DNA from: Schmidtea polychroa
Taxonomy: Eukaryota
NCBI GenBank assembly: GCA_044892525.1
Contig: CM097885.1
Location: 24,368,001 to 24,432,000 of the forward strand
Direction of reading: 5' to 3'
Length of the DNA stretch: 64,000 nt
Shown: positions 21,794-35,961 of the stretch, piece after piece
Position numbering within the stretch: position 1 is the stretch's first letter
How the letters are laid out: each line of letters begins with the position of its first letter
The notes under the pieces: generated by a model
Seen by the model: the letters and a program-made list of their open reading frames with translations, nothing else
Told to the model about the DNA's origin: nothing
Database searches by the model: none
Program-made: the position numbers and the translations under genes

Positions 21794-22850
21794 TGATCAT
21801 AATTCTTCAGCTATTCAGCCAATCATTTTCAAGCAATAACAGCAAACTAAATTTCTGTATATCCTACAATAATTATCAAGTAAATTTAAAGTCATTGATA
21901 AAGTTGGTTTCTTAGCTTATGTTTTTTAAAGTTCATTAATGTGTAAATATTCTTAGAAAATTCTTGAAAAATTATTTATTCAAATACATTACAAAGTCAT
22001 CAAAAATCACTTAATTATTAACCTAATTGTCAATGAAATTAATTTTTATTTAAAAACTAATCAATAAAATACAACTAATTATCAAGAAATTAATTAAATT
22101 TATCACCATTAAAACCTTAAATTTTTAATCAGTCAACATGAAATTCTTAGAAAGTTATTCAATATCCTCATCAAAATTTATCCTACCACTTGATTATTGT
22201 AAAAACTCTAATTATTAACCTCATTAAAAATAAATTTTTATTTAAAATTAAAAAACCAATCAATAAAAATACATCCAATTATCAAGGAATTAATTAAATT
22301 TATCTTAGAATTAGCATTAAATTATTAAATATTCATTCAATAAACATGAAATTTGCAAAAATGTTAGAAATCCATGAAAATGATAGATATCTACAAAAAT
22401 TACGGATATTCACAAAAAAGTACGGAAATTCATGAAAATAATAGAAAATTACAAAAAATGATAGAAATTCATAAAAATGATAGAAATTTACTTGAATAAA
22501 ACCATCAACTCTAAAAATTATCAATACCTTAAACAACAAATTTGTCTAAATAATCATTCAAATAAAAACATTAAATACCTTTACGACTAATACCCTTGCG
22601 ACATGTTGAATGTGAGTAGTACCCTTGTGAGCAATACCCATAGGGGGACAGAATATTTTGTCGGATAAACTCAGAGTATATATTAATTAACTCATTTTTC
22701 ATTGAATCAGTAAAATTATCGTAAATTTCGATAAAAAATCTAAAGTGGTAAGCAATGTAAAGAGAAATATTCTTTAAACTTTGATAAAATTAACAATGAA
22801 GGTGGTAAGAATCTTCATTAAAGTGAGGAAATTATTCATTACTCGATTCA

Positions 22851-24676
22851 AATCTTTCAATGGGACCTAGTCAGCTATATTATACAGTAATAATTATTGT
22901 AAATTTCAAATAGAGTGATTTATTTTTAGAATAAAAATTTAATTATAACTGCTTTTATCATTAGATTTTATAAATTATTTAGGGTTAATGATTTTACATG
23001 TTTTATAGGGAAATATTCGTGATAATAGGAATTAAAGTTAGAATTATAGTCATTTAAATGGGACTTTAAGCAATCTTATTAGTCTGAGGGGAATATATGA
23101 TCCTTTACGGGTACTTATCATTAAAATACCAATCTTTAAATATTGATATATTTAGGGGGAAATGATTCTTTTTAGATGATTTTATTGGAGAATTCACTTG
23201 GATATACCAATTATTGCCATTTAAATGAATTTACTGGTTTGTTAGATGTTATCATTAGTTATCTAGTCTCTTTTGGAATTTAATGATAATTATTTTTATT
23301 GTAGATTGCTGACTTTGATAATTGTAATGAATTTATACTGATTTTTTGAATATATTGAGAAATCAGTCAATCAATTTGAGTACATGTATTACTTTTTAAA
23401 AAAAATTAAAATTAATTTTATTTCAATTAATTTATTCAATCTAAATCAATTATCTACTAAATCTTATCTTATTAATTTAATATCTTAGTTGATTCAACTT
23501 GAATGATCAGTATTTTTTTATTTACTGGATGATTAATGATTAGAATTCTTTCTTGTCTATTAATTATATTTTTTTATTTAGTATATTTAGAATAATTTAA
23601 ATTTTTACAATAATTTAATCAATTTTTACCTAGTTATTGGTAAATCTTAAAAGTTCCTTGAGTTCAATTAATTTTTCATCAAATATTTTCAAGTGATGAG
23701 TATTTGCTTTTAAAGATCAATTTGTTAATACATAGTTGTAGGTTGTAAGTAGTTGGTTGACTTTTTAGATTTTGATAAGAAAATAGTGTATGCGATGAAG
23801 AATATTTTGTATTTAATTGCTATTATTTTTATGTGTTGTTAGTTGATTGTTGGTACTTGGTATCTGGTTGATAGTATTTTGCTGATAGTTTTGGTATCTT
23901 GTTGTAAGTACTTAACTGATAGCGTTTGGTATATTGTTGTAAGTACTTGGTATCTAATTGAAAATACGTGTTTATAGTTACTGGTAGATGATATTAAGTT
24001 GTTGGTATCTTATATTTGGTAGTTGGTATAGTGTTGTTTACTGATTGTTGTTATATAGTTGTAGGTTGATATTTGTTAATTTCTCGATGGGTTTTTATGG
24101 TGATTGTTAGTATCTAGTTAATTGGTAGATGGGGGGTTGAGAGTTAGCAATATCCTTACGACCAGTACCCTTACGACTAATACCCTTACGACCAGTGCCC
24201 TTACGACCTGTACCCTTAGGGGGTCAAAACATCCTGTCGGATAGACTAAGAGTATATATAATAAAACTGATCAACAATAAGTATTTATTGAATGCGATTT
24301 TTACTTTGCAATAATAAGTCAGTAGTTATCATTTAAAAGAAGAATGTTTTGTAAATTAGAATTCATTAGTCTTTCATTGTAATTAAAATTATTTTGAATT
24401 CCACGTGGTGATGAGTTGTGGTTTTTTGATGAAAATCAACATTTTTGTTAAATTTGAAAAGGTTTTCTATTGATTGTAATTAAACATATTTTTGAAGATA
24501 GATAAAAAATTAATTTAAAAAGCATTTCATAAAATACAATAAAGAATATTTAGTAGTTAGTTGTAAGTATCTGGTTGTTTGAGATTTAGTTAGTACGTGG
24601 TATCATGGTGTAAGTATTTGTTAGCACCTAGTTAAAAAATAATCAGTAACCGATTGTTGGTAACTGTTGAATTATT

Positions 24677-24740
<64 letters not shown>

Positions 24741-27689
24741 CATTTAAATTTCCATTTAAATTTTCATTATAAATTACATTTCTCAAAAAAGTTGGTGGTT
24801 ATTCAATCTTTTGATAATAAATTTAAAAATCTTACTTTAATTTACTTATTTAGCTTTAATTTAAAATTTGAACCATTGGATACTTAATTTTAAATTTTGA
24901 ACCTTAATTTACTTATTTAAAAGTTTTAACTTTAATTTACCTAATTATTCTTTATTTCTTAATTTTACAACATAATTTACTTAACAACTAAATATAATCC
25001 TTATTTTCATATTTAACCAATAATTTCATGTGGTCATCTGGTTGTAAGTGTTTGGTATCTAGTTGACAGTGCTTAGTACTAGGTAAGTTACTTGGTTGTT
25101 AGTACTTGGTTGATAATGCTTAGTTGTTGGTTGTATGTACTTGGTATCTAGTTGTTAGTAACTAGTTGTAGGTAATTAATGCTTAGTAGTTGGTAACTGT
25201 TTGTTAGTACTTGGTAGGTGGTAGCTAGTTGGTTGTTAGTACTTGGTAGTTGGTAGCTAGTTGTTAGCTGGTTGTAGCTAGTTAATGGGTAGGTGGTTGT
25301 AGGTACTTGGTAACTGGTTGTTAGTATCTAGTTGTAGGTACTTGGTAGGTGGTAGCTAGTTGGTTGTAGGTACTTAGTAGTTGGTTAATAATGCTTAGTA
25401 CTTGGTATCTAGTACCTATTTGGTTGGTTGTTAGTACTTAGTATTTAGTTGGTTGATAATGCTTAGTACCTGGTTGTTGTTGGTTGCTAGTACTTGGTAT
25501 CTAGTACCTAGTTGGTTGGTTGTTTTTGGTTGATAGTACTTGGTATCTAGTTGTAAGTATTTGGTATCAGGTAACTGGTTGTTAGTATCTAGTTGTAGGT
25601 TGTAGGTACTTAGTAGTTAGTTGATGATGCTTAGTACCTGGTTGTTGTTGGTTGTTAGTACTTGGTATCTAGTACCTAGTTGGTTGGTTGTTAGTACTTA
25701 GTATTTAGTTGGTTGATAATGCTTAGTACCTGGTTGTTGTTGGTTGTTAGTACTTGGTATCTAGTACCTAGTTGGTTGGTTGTTAGTAACTAGTTGTAAG
25801 TACTTGGTAGCAGGTAACTGGTTGTTAGTATCTAGTTGTTTGAGAGTCAGTTAGTACGTGGTATCTAGTTGTAGGTACTTGGTATCTAGTTGTTAGTATC
25901 TAGTTGGAGGTACTTGGTTGTTTGAGAGTTATTTAGTACGTGGTATCTAGTTGTAGGTACTTAGTAGTTGGTTAATAATGCTTAGTAACTGGTTGTTGTT
26001 GGTTGTGAGTAGTTGATATCAGGTAACTAGTTGTTAGTAACTAGTTGTAGGTATCTAGTTGTTAAAACATGTTCGTAAGTTACTGGTTGTTGGTACTAAG
26101 TTGTTGGTTTGTTGTTGAATTATTATTAAAATTTGTCTTTGAAAAATATTTCATAAAAATTTTCATTAAAAATTATCTTAAAAATTTCCATCTAAAATTA
26201 ACTAAAAAAATTATTTCATAAAAATTTCCATTAAAAATTACTTAAAAAATTATTCCATAAAAATTTTCATTAAAAAATTTCAATTCTCAAACACTTTCAA
26301 CTTTTTGTTAATAAATTTTAAAATCTTACTTTAATTTACTTATTACATTACTTTAATTTACTTATTTAAAAATTATTACTTTAATTTACTTATTTAAAAT
26401 TTTTTTACCATTGATTACTTAATTTAAAAATTTGGACCTTAATTAACTTTAATTTAATTTTTAGAACCTTAATTTACTTTAATTTAAAAATTTGGACCAT
26501 TATTTACTGTAATTTAATTTTTAGAACCTTAATTTACTTTAATTGAAAAATTTGGACCATTATTTACTTTAATTGAAAGATTTGAACCATAATTTACTTA
26601 TTTAGACCATAATTTACTTTAATTTAATTTTTTAGAACCATTATTTACTGTAATTGAAAAATTTGGACCATAATTACTTTAATTTAATTTTTAGACCCAT
26701 AATTTACTGTAATTTAATTTTTGGGACCATTATTTACTGTAATTTAATTTTTTAGAACCATTATTTACTGTAATTTAATTTTTTAGAACCATAATTTACT
26801 GTAATTTAATTTTTAGAACCATAATTTACTGTAATTTAATTTTTAGGACCATAATTTACTTTAATTTAATTTTTTGGACCATAATTTACTGTAATTTAAA
26901 AATTTGGACCATAATTTACTTTAATTTAATTTTTAGAACCATTATTTACTGTAATTTAATTTTTTAGAACCATTATTTACTGTAATTGAAAAATTTGGAC
27001 CATTATTTACTTTAATTGAAAAATTTACCACGTTTTTAGTGTAGACCACCTATTTCTCAGGACCATGGAGACTCACCTCACTATAGTCTGAAAAATCCTT
27101 GGCTCTTTTAGTGTAGACCAGCTTTTTGTATTGAAAATATCCTGAGACCTTAAATTACCATGCTTTTTTAGTGTAGACCAGCTTTTTGTATTGAAAATAT
27201 CCTGAGACCTTAAATTACCACGTTTTTTTAGTGTAGACCACCTATTTCTCAGGACCAAGGAGACTCACCTCACTATAGTCTGAAAAATCCTTGGCTTTTT
27301 TAGTGGTAGTCGGATTTTTGTATTGAAAATCCCAGGACCATCGAGACCCCCTCACTATAGTCTGAAAATTCCATGCTTTTTTAGTGAGACCGCCTTTTTG
27401 TATTGAAAAAAATTTTTTTGTATTGAAAATCCCAGGACCATCGAGACCCCCTCACTATAGTGTGAAAATTCCATGCTTTTTTAGTGGTAGTCGGATTTTT
27501 GTATTGAAAAAATTTTATTTGTATTGAAAATCCCAGGACCATCGAGACCCCCTCGCTATAGTGTGGAACAATTGCGTAATAAAAGGTTGCAACAAAAAAA
27601 AATCGTGCAACAAAAAAAATCGTGCAACAGGGGGGGGTTACCCCCCCCCCCCCCCCCCAATTGTTGCAGCGGGCTCCTAACTACCTACT
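22851..27689 (-). repeat. Right arm of the foldback element
   Basis: Inverted copy of the left arm, differing by indels of repeat units. Confidence 0.9.
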
Positions 27690-27733
27690 TAATTGTAATA
27701 GTAATAATTATAATAGTAATTGTACTAGTAGTA

Positions 27734-27853
<120 letters not shown>

Positions 27854-28026
27854 GTACCAATAATAATAATAATAACTTAGCATTATTTAGCATTAACTAA
27901 TTATTTTATAGTTGATAATATTATAGACAAATTTTAAATGAAAGATTAAATTACATTTATTATTATTATTATTATTAAATAAATAATACATTTTCATTCA
28001 ATAAATAATTATTTAAATTTTATTAG

Positions 28027-31000
28027 GAAAATTTTATCCTAAATATTGTAATTCGTCTATGGGTCATGACAATAAATGCCACAAAAATATGAAGAAATAT
28101 TATCGCCAACCTTTTAATGGCATCAACTTTTTTATTTGCCCCATATGCAAAACTTCCAAGAGTGTAAGGTATAAGGAATTTTTTAGTCAACATTCTCAGC
28201 ACTTAAATTCTTTCAAAACAAATAAAAAAGAACTGTTTAAAATAATAAATAAGAATAACATTGAAATTGTAAATATTTTAAATAATAACACAAAAAAGAA
28301 ATCTAATAAAAGACCTGCTGAACATAGGGTGTCTAAAATTAAAAATAAAATTATAAAAACTGAAGTTATTGAGATCCGTGACGACGAAATTATTAAAAAT
28401 GAAGTCATTCTACTCAGTGATGACGAATGTAATAATATTACATATACTATAAATCATGATATTATAAATGATAATATTGATACTATAAATGCTATAAATG
28501 AAAATATAAATAATGATAATACTATAAATACTATAAATCAAATAGGTGGATCATCTTTAGCGATTGAGCCGATAATAGAATCAAATTTAAATGGCGCCAT
28601 TCGAACTATTCGATTTAATATTGCCGATTCACAATTAATTAAAATTATAATAACGGATAAAATCACTGAAAAGTTAACATCTGAAATAAATAACATGGGT
28701 AGCGTCAAAATTCAATTCGCTATTCTTATAAGATTTGAAAAAGATGGGGAAATCCGTGACAACTACTTTTCAAATAACGCCGAGATCTTTTCCCATAATT
28801 TTTTAATTGAGGGAGTTAATAAGTTAAACGAAAAAATTGAAAAGTTTACCTATTTAGGTAGTGGCTGGAGAGTAATTAATATCTTAGAGATCGATTTCAT
28901 TCTGACTAAATTTGCTCCTATTTGTCGCCTATCTGGTCATAGTTACATTCGTACACCTGCAGATTTGAAATCTAAAGGAGCAATTATAAATGTTAAAAAT
29001 AAGGATCATAAGTGTTTCCTTTATAGTATTCTCGCGCTCTTGAAAAAAGATGAAATAGGTAGCCACCCTGAAAGAGTTTCAAAATATGAAAATCTTTTAA
29101 ATATTCTTAATTACAATGAAGTCACGGATTGTCCGATGAAATTGTGTAATATACCTAAATTCGAAAAGAAAAATTTAGACTTAAATCTTGCCATAAATGT
29201 TCTGGCTTATACCCCTACTGTGATAGTTGATGATGATCAGGTTCCTAATGACTATGTTTTTAAACACCCCCACTTAAGTATAATTCACAGATCAACGGTT
29301 ACTGGCGGTACTCCAATTTATTTATTACTCTTGGAAAATAAGGATAATTATCATTACACCGCAGTGACCAACATTACACGTTTAATGAACTGCCATCGTA
29401 ATAATGACTGTAGTATTCAAATAAGATGCAAATGGTGCCCACATTGTCTTAACGGTTTTCGATTAGACAATGCTTTCACTAAACATGTGGCCCTATGCAG
29501 TAAAAATCAAACGGGTACAACCCTTTACACTTTACCCGAAAATAAATATTTAGAGTTTCAAAATCATTCAAAGAGAATCACCCCACCCTTTGTTATTTAT
29601 GCCGATTTTGAATCGGTTTTACCTAAAGATGTTAAACATCATCAAATACATTTACCTATTTCAGCAGGTTTTTTTATTAATAAATAATCTTAACAATAGA
29701 AAATCGTATTACTAGTTTTATGGTCTTGATTGTATACCTCAATTTCTTAAAAAAGTAGAGGAAATTGCTGTCACAATTGTCCTACCTTATTATGAGCTTG
29801 AAGGGAAAAAACGGTTAGGACCTATGACTTTTGCTGAGGAACGACAATTCAAATCTTGTAGGAACTGCTATCTTTGTAAGAAGGTTTTATCCATTGCTGT
29901 TCGAGATCATGACCATTTTACTGGTAATTATCTCGGTGCAGCCTGTAGGAAATGTAATATGGCTCGCAGAATTTATAAACAGTTGCCGATTGTATTTCAT
30001 AATTTACGAGGATACGACTTACACCATATTTTAAAATATGGTCTCAATGGCTTTCCTTCTTGGAATTTGAATATAATACCCACAAGCGCAGAGAAATTTA
30101 TCTCGATGATTGTTCACATTAAAAAATTAGCTGTTCGTTTTATCGACAGCATGCAATTTGTTAATTGTTCTTTGGCTAAGGCTGTAAAAACTCTAACTGA
30201 TCTTCCTTTGACTTCGTCGGTTTTTGATAGGCTAATAATAGATGCTAAAGCCATATTTCCTTATGATTATGCGACTGATTTGTATGTACTTGAAACTACT
30301 TATGAATTGCCTCCTATTTGGTCTGGTGTTACTGAAGATGAGTATACTAAAGCTCAACTTATTTGGACTCAACAACGTTGTACTAAATTGGCTGACTATA
30401 TGTTAACTTATCAAAAATTGGATGTATTCCTCCTTGCGGACTATTTCCAACAATTCCGTGCCAAGGCCATCGCATACAATGGTCTAGAACCTCTAAACTT
30501 TTATGGTATTCCGGGTATGTCATGGGCATCAGCGCTTATGACATTAACTGAGCCTATAGAACTTTTACAGGACATGGAAATGTTCAATTTTTACGAAGGA
30601 GGAATACGTGGTGGGTTAACATTTGTTAACAAACATTACGTTGCTGCTTCTGATAATACAGAATTATTATATATTGATATAAATAATCTGTATGGTTGGG
30701 CTCTTAGCCAAAATCTTCCTTTTGCTGATTTCACTTGGGTGTATTATGGATTGAATGATGTATTGCTTGAGTGCATGAATGCTGACATTGAAATCCTTCC
30801 CTATGGTTATACCATAGAAGTGGATATAGATATTCCAGAAATTTTTCATGATTTTTTAAATGACTTTCCTCTTGCTCCTGAGAAAATGTGCCCGCCTGGT
30901 TCGAAAGTTGAGAAGTTGATGCTCACGCATTGGCCAAAGAAGAACCATGTTCTTCATTGGAGGCTTCTCAAGCTTTATTTGTTTCTTGGTGCCAAAGTTG

Positions 31001-31974
31001 TACATATCCATAGGGCTATAAAATTCAAGCAAGCACCGATTTTTAAAAATTATATAAATAAAAATACACAACTAAGAGCTGAAGCAAGCAGTGAACTGTA
31101 CAGAGATTTATTCAAATTGTATAATAATAGCTTGTACGGTAAATCCGTTGAAAACCTTAAGAAGAGATTAAATTTACGACTATGTAATTCCGCGAAAAAA
31201 TTAATTACATATTCATCAAAACCATCATTTAGAAAAACCATCAAAATTGATGATGATCTTTTTGGTGTACATCTCAATAAGGAGTCTATATGTTTGGATA
31301 GACCCAGCTACATCGGACAATCAGTGCTGGATTTATCCAAACTAAGTATGTATCAATTACAGTACATAGAATTAGCAAAATATAGGAGTCAGTTTAACTG
31401 TGATATAAATATAGTTGCGGGTGATACCGATAGTTTCTTCTTAGAGGTCAAAAATTTAAAGCTTGACGTTCTTTTGCCAGCGATGATTTCGGATGACTTG
31501 TTAGACACCTCAAATTATGATCCCTCTCATCCTTTATATTCTAGGAGACTCGACTCAGTTATAGGAAAGTTTAAGGATGAGAGTAAGGGTGTAGGATATA
31601 GTGAGTGGGTTTTCTTGCGACCAAAGTGCTACAGTCTTTTAGGAAATAAATCTACTATGAGAGCTAAGGGCGTAAAACTACCAGGTACAGATATAAAACA
31701 TCAATCCTATTTAGATTGTTACAACAACAACACAGTTATTTCTGTACCTCAGACTAGAATAGGAACCCGAAATCATCAGTTTTTTACCTTTAAAAACTCA
31801 AAGATTGCTTTAACTAATCATGATGATAAAAGAGCTTGGGTAGAGAAAAACTCTAGTAAAAGTATTTTATTAGGATGTAGTTTGTTAATAAAAATAATAA
31901 TAAAAATAATAATAATGATAAAAATAATAATACTTACTATATTGTGTACAAACAATATATCTTATAATATATAA
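28027..31974 (+). pseudogene. polB: Protein-primed DNA polymerase B of element B, disrupted and 3'-truncated
   Basis: ExoI YADFES; EndoVII-like insert CYLC..RDHDHFTG..ACRKCN; ExoII FHNLRGYD; PolA YIDINNLYGWA; PolB KLYNNSLYGK; PolC AGDTDS. Frameshift in a T-run at about 29670, TAG at 29713-29715, and homology lost after about 31855 (no terminal GHY). Probable splice acceptor at 28025-28026. Confidence 0.93.
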
Positions 31975-32059
31975 CCATTGGATAGAGCTCTTCGAGACCT
32001 TTTTAATGAACCATTATTCAATATAATCTATCGAAGGTAATCCTTAAAATTCAAATTTA

Positions 32060-33600
32060 AAATGTTCGCAAATGTAAAGCATGTTCAATGTATATTAATG
32101 AGTATCATACTATATACATTTAATAAACATTTATTTCTTTACCTTTGTTATTAATACTTTGAATATTGTAAATAATAAAACTATGTTGCAAATAATAATA
32201 TTCAAATTAAACCAAATTTACAAACTACCGCGCCAGCCCCTTCGGGGCGGGCGGCGGGCGGGCGAGTAGGCGGCGTTTGTGTATGTTGATGATTTTAATT
32301 TTTATTAAATTCATTTGTTTGATTTCAGAATTAGATTTGTGTGACTAACCTTGTTAAATTTTTGGTTTGATGTATTCGAGGAAAAAAAAAAAAAATTTGT
32401 AAAACATTCTTTTACTATTTAGTTGGAAAATTTGGGAAAATAGTTTTGAAAACTTTTTAAAATTTGAAAAATTTTGAGTTGGGAAATTTTGGGAATTTCA
32501 TTTTTGGGACTTTTTAATTTTTGAAAAAATTTGAGTTGGGAAAATTGTTTTTGGGAATTTTTAAAATTTGGGAAATTTTTGAGTTGGGAAATTTATTTTG
32601 GGGATTGAAAATTTGTTGTAATGATCAATTTACAGTTTGAATAAAAATCAAAGTTTTTGACACTTGAGGGTAAGGACTCACCATACATCTTTGAAGGTAT
32701 GACCATCACACTCTACTCTCAAATACCTTTTGAATGATGTATATATATTATAAAGTTTGAAAAAATTCGAAAGTTTTTGACCCTTTGAAGGTGAAGGACT
32801 CACCATACACCTTTGATTGTATGACCATCATACTCACATCTCAATTACCTTTTGAATGACATGTATTATAGAGTTTGAAAAAATTCGAGGGTTTTGCACC
32901 TTTTGAAGGTTAAGGATTCACCATACACCTTTGAAGGTATGATCATTGTACTCTACTCTCAAATATCTTTTGAATGATGTATATATTATAGGGATACATG
33001 TTTAAAATAACTTGACCTACATATTTTTTATAAACTATATAGTCGTGACCTACTTAATTTGACTTACTTATTTATATAGTGTCCTGGAGGTGACACATGT
33101 TTAAATTAATTGACCAACATATTTTAAAAACTATACAGTAGTGACCTACTTAATTTGAACTTGACCTACATATTTTTAAACTATATAGTCGTGACCTATC
33201 TAAATTTAACTTGACATACTTGATTACATAGAGTCCAGGAGGTAACATATATTTAAAGTAACTTGACCTAAATATTTTAATACCTATATAGTCGTGACCT
33301 ACATAATTTTAATTTGATCTACTTAATTTTAACTTGACCTACTTATATATATATATATGTGTGTGTCCTGGAGGTGACACATGTTTAAAGTAACTTGACC
33401 TATATATATTTTAAAAACTATATAGTCGTGATCTACTTACTTTTAACTTGACCTACATATTTTAAATTATATAGTCGTGATCTACTTAATTTTAACTTGA
33501 CCTACTTAAATTTTAACTTAATTTATACTTATTTCATACTACTTAACTTGTTTTATACAACTTATTTTATAGTGTCCTGGAGGTGACACATCCTACTACT
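32060..33600 (-). repeat. Right terminal inverted repeat of element B (1541 bp)
   Basis: Reverse complement of 1578-3188, lacking about 70 bp of the TAGGTCA array. Confidence 0.95.
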
Positions 33601-34599
33601 AATATTATATTAATGATTATAATTACTGAGTAAGATTCGAGTAGTGAATATTGAAAAGATTTCAAAAGAATATGCATTTCAAAAATGTATATGGCAAATA
33701 TTGACTAAATTAAAATTTTAAAAAGTATAATTATAGGAAGGAAAATTTTAAAATTTGTATGAAAATTTATTTATTATTTATCTTTAAAAAAATTTAAGCG
33801 ATGGTTTTAGAATACATTGTAAGTACCAGGGGTTGTAATTTACTAGTTTCTTATGGCTATGTCCCAGGAGAGAGAAAACTTACAAGAAAACTTACAAGAA
33901 AATAGGACTACGTGTGAAGAATTGCGCATATTCCGAATTTAAATGTTTAAGGTGTTTAAAGGAAGAATTTTATAACAATTCGCTCTTTTGTTTTTCGATT
34001 TTATAGAAACGCGCCCATTCGAATTTCACACTTTCCTTTTGTTTTTATTGGAGGATACGCAAGAACGATGATATCACGATCAAACTTAAAGGCTTTACAC
34101 GTTATTAAACTTTCTTGTATAAATTAAACTTCAAATGAAATGCCACAAACTTACGCCACTTATTTTGCAAATGTGAGATTTGGAACGAGCGGAATTCAAC
34201 ATGAGGACTTAATCAAGGCGTTAGAACGTTTTGCCATCCATTATACCTAGGTACCATAGGCACAAGAGTCGACAGATTATCTATCTAGACTTCACTATGG
34301 TCGAGTATATAGTGATTTTATTGACTTGCTCGTGGGATGAGAAAATGATTTCTATGCATGATTGTAAAAATTAAAACAAAACTAGAATGAAAACATCGCT
34401 ATTATTTTCAAGTGATTGTTAATTAATCATACATCATTACAAAAGCTTCAAATTAGGAAAACATAAAACAAATCGTATTCACTTAATAATTTCAATACAA
34501 AGTTAAGGGTTAAGGACATATAATACTTGGCAAAAACGCATTGAAATTGTAAAAAACATCGTCAATATTTATTCTTGATTTTGTGTGTGCGAGTTCATT

Positions 34600-34797
34600 A
34601 AAGAGAGCTTGAAGACTATAAATCAGTAATATATCGATAGTTATGATACTCACGAATTTTCGGCACTGCTCTTTTTTCAAGTTAATTTTCACTTGAAAAT
34701 TCATTTGGAAAATTCACTTGAAAAAAGCAGTGCCGAGAATTCGTGAGTACCAAAAAACATCGATATATTACTGATTTATAGTCTTCAAGCTCTCTTT
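34600..34797. mobile_element. ~200-bp hairpin/MITE-like inverted repeat
   Basis: AAGAGAGCTTGAAGACTATAAATCAGTAATATATCGAT... pairs with ...ATCGATATATTACTGATTTATAGTCTTCAAGCTCTCTT; a diverged arm recurs at about 54575-54650. Confidence 0.7.
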
Positions 34798-35547
34798 TTA
34801 ATAAATTCAATATATTGAATAAAAAATTCAATAAAAAATGAATTTTATTTATTCACAATTTTTTTATTATTTCCATTTTTCATACATCTGTCAAATTGAT
34901 ATGAATTGAATTACATTTCATAATTCAACATTTATCTAACTTGAAATAAATAAAATATTTTCCACTTCTATCTACAATCTGTAGCGGTTTTCGCTGGAGA
35001 ACTTTATGTTATTAATTGAATATCTAATTTTACAATTAATATTCTTCAGCTTAAGTAAAATATTTTATCTAATTTTCACCATTGATTTATTTTCATTTTC
35101 AATTTTCTTCATTTTTTAGATAATAAATTAATATTTTGTTTTTATTTACCTATAGCCAGAAAAAGGAAATTGTATAGATAAATATTTTTAATGTTTGTTT
35201 ATATTTTGCATGTGTGAAATTGCGATTTTGTTTGTCTATCACAAGATGAAACAATTTGTAATTTTATTTTTTTAATTAATTTTTACTTTCTTGATATTAA
35301 TTATTTCATTTTAAGATATTTAAAATTTATGTTTTTTCGTGTTATACTTCTTGCTCTGTATATTTGAATTTATGACGTGTTTGAATTTTTTTATTGGTTT
35401 ATTTAAACAAAATGTTTAAAATATCAGTTTTTGTCGAGAAAATAAATGTTAAAAATATAACCACTGATTAAATGGTTATATAGCGAATTCGTATAATCTA
35501 AATCAAATTAAAAACATCAAGAAAATTTATTACAAAACTTGGACATT

Positions 35548-35961
35548 TTAAATAATAAAATTTATCAAGATCGGAAGAAAAAGTAAGAATGTTGATTTCA
35601 AGTTATTTGAACTCAACCTTGAAGTTCTTTCATGGCAGAATTGTGATTTTTTTATACCTTCAATGGATTTTTTAGACTTACGTTTACCATACATTTTGTT
35701 CAGTTGGAGTCGAATTGTAGAGTTCCCGTACGGGTTGGTTCCAATACAATGAAGTTGATTATGATTGGAATTGTCTGATAATTGCGAATGTCTGATAGTT
35801 TTACGGGAGGTTGCAATTGTTATTTCGTCGTTGAAATTTAATGGAGATTTGACAAATGCTGCTTCATTAAAATTCATAAATTCTAAAGTCGGTAATGGAT
35901 CTCCTACAGTTATGCATCTTAACTGAATAAACTCACAGGGGTACAGATCCAAGGTTATTTT
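35548..35961 (-). CDS. Host LRR-Ig surface protein, last exon (Ig-like domain and hydrophobic C-terminal tail, possible GPI signal)
   Basis: ttag|AAA phase-0 acceptor matches the donor at 38912; LRCITVGDPLP...LHCIGTNPYGNS; ends STFLLFLPILINFII. Confidence 0.78.
   Translation of the reverse strand, partial: KITLDLYPCEFIQLRCITVGDPLPTLEFMNFNEAAFVKSPLNFNDEITIATSRKTIRHSQLSDNSNHNQLHCIGTNPYGNSTIRLQLNKMYGKRKSKKSIEGIKKSQFCHERTSRLSSNNLKSTFLLFLPILINFII

Larger units (their letters stand above)
15767..27689. mobile_element. Non-coding foldback element (11,923 bp) with Maverick-type ends, nested in element B
   Basis: Starts AGTAGGTAGTTAGGAGCCCGCTGCAACAAT and ends with its reverse complement; direct repeat TAATTG at 15761-15766 and 27690-27695; ~5-kb inverted arms around a ~2-kb spacer; no credible ORF. 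Confidence 0.9.

Noticed and set aside
27340..27470. CTCACTATAG (T7 promoter 3' core) and GGTCTC/GAGACC sites suggesting vector sequence
   Set aside because: TAATACGA is absent; these words are part of the natural tandem unit present in diverged copies.
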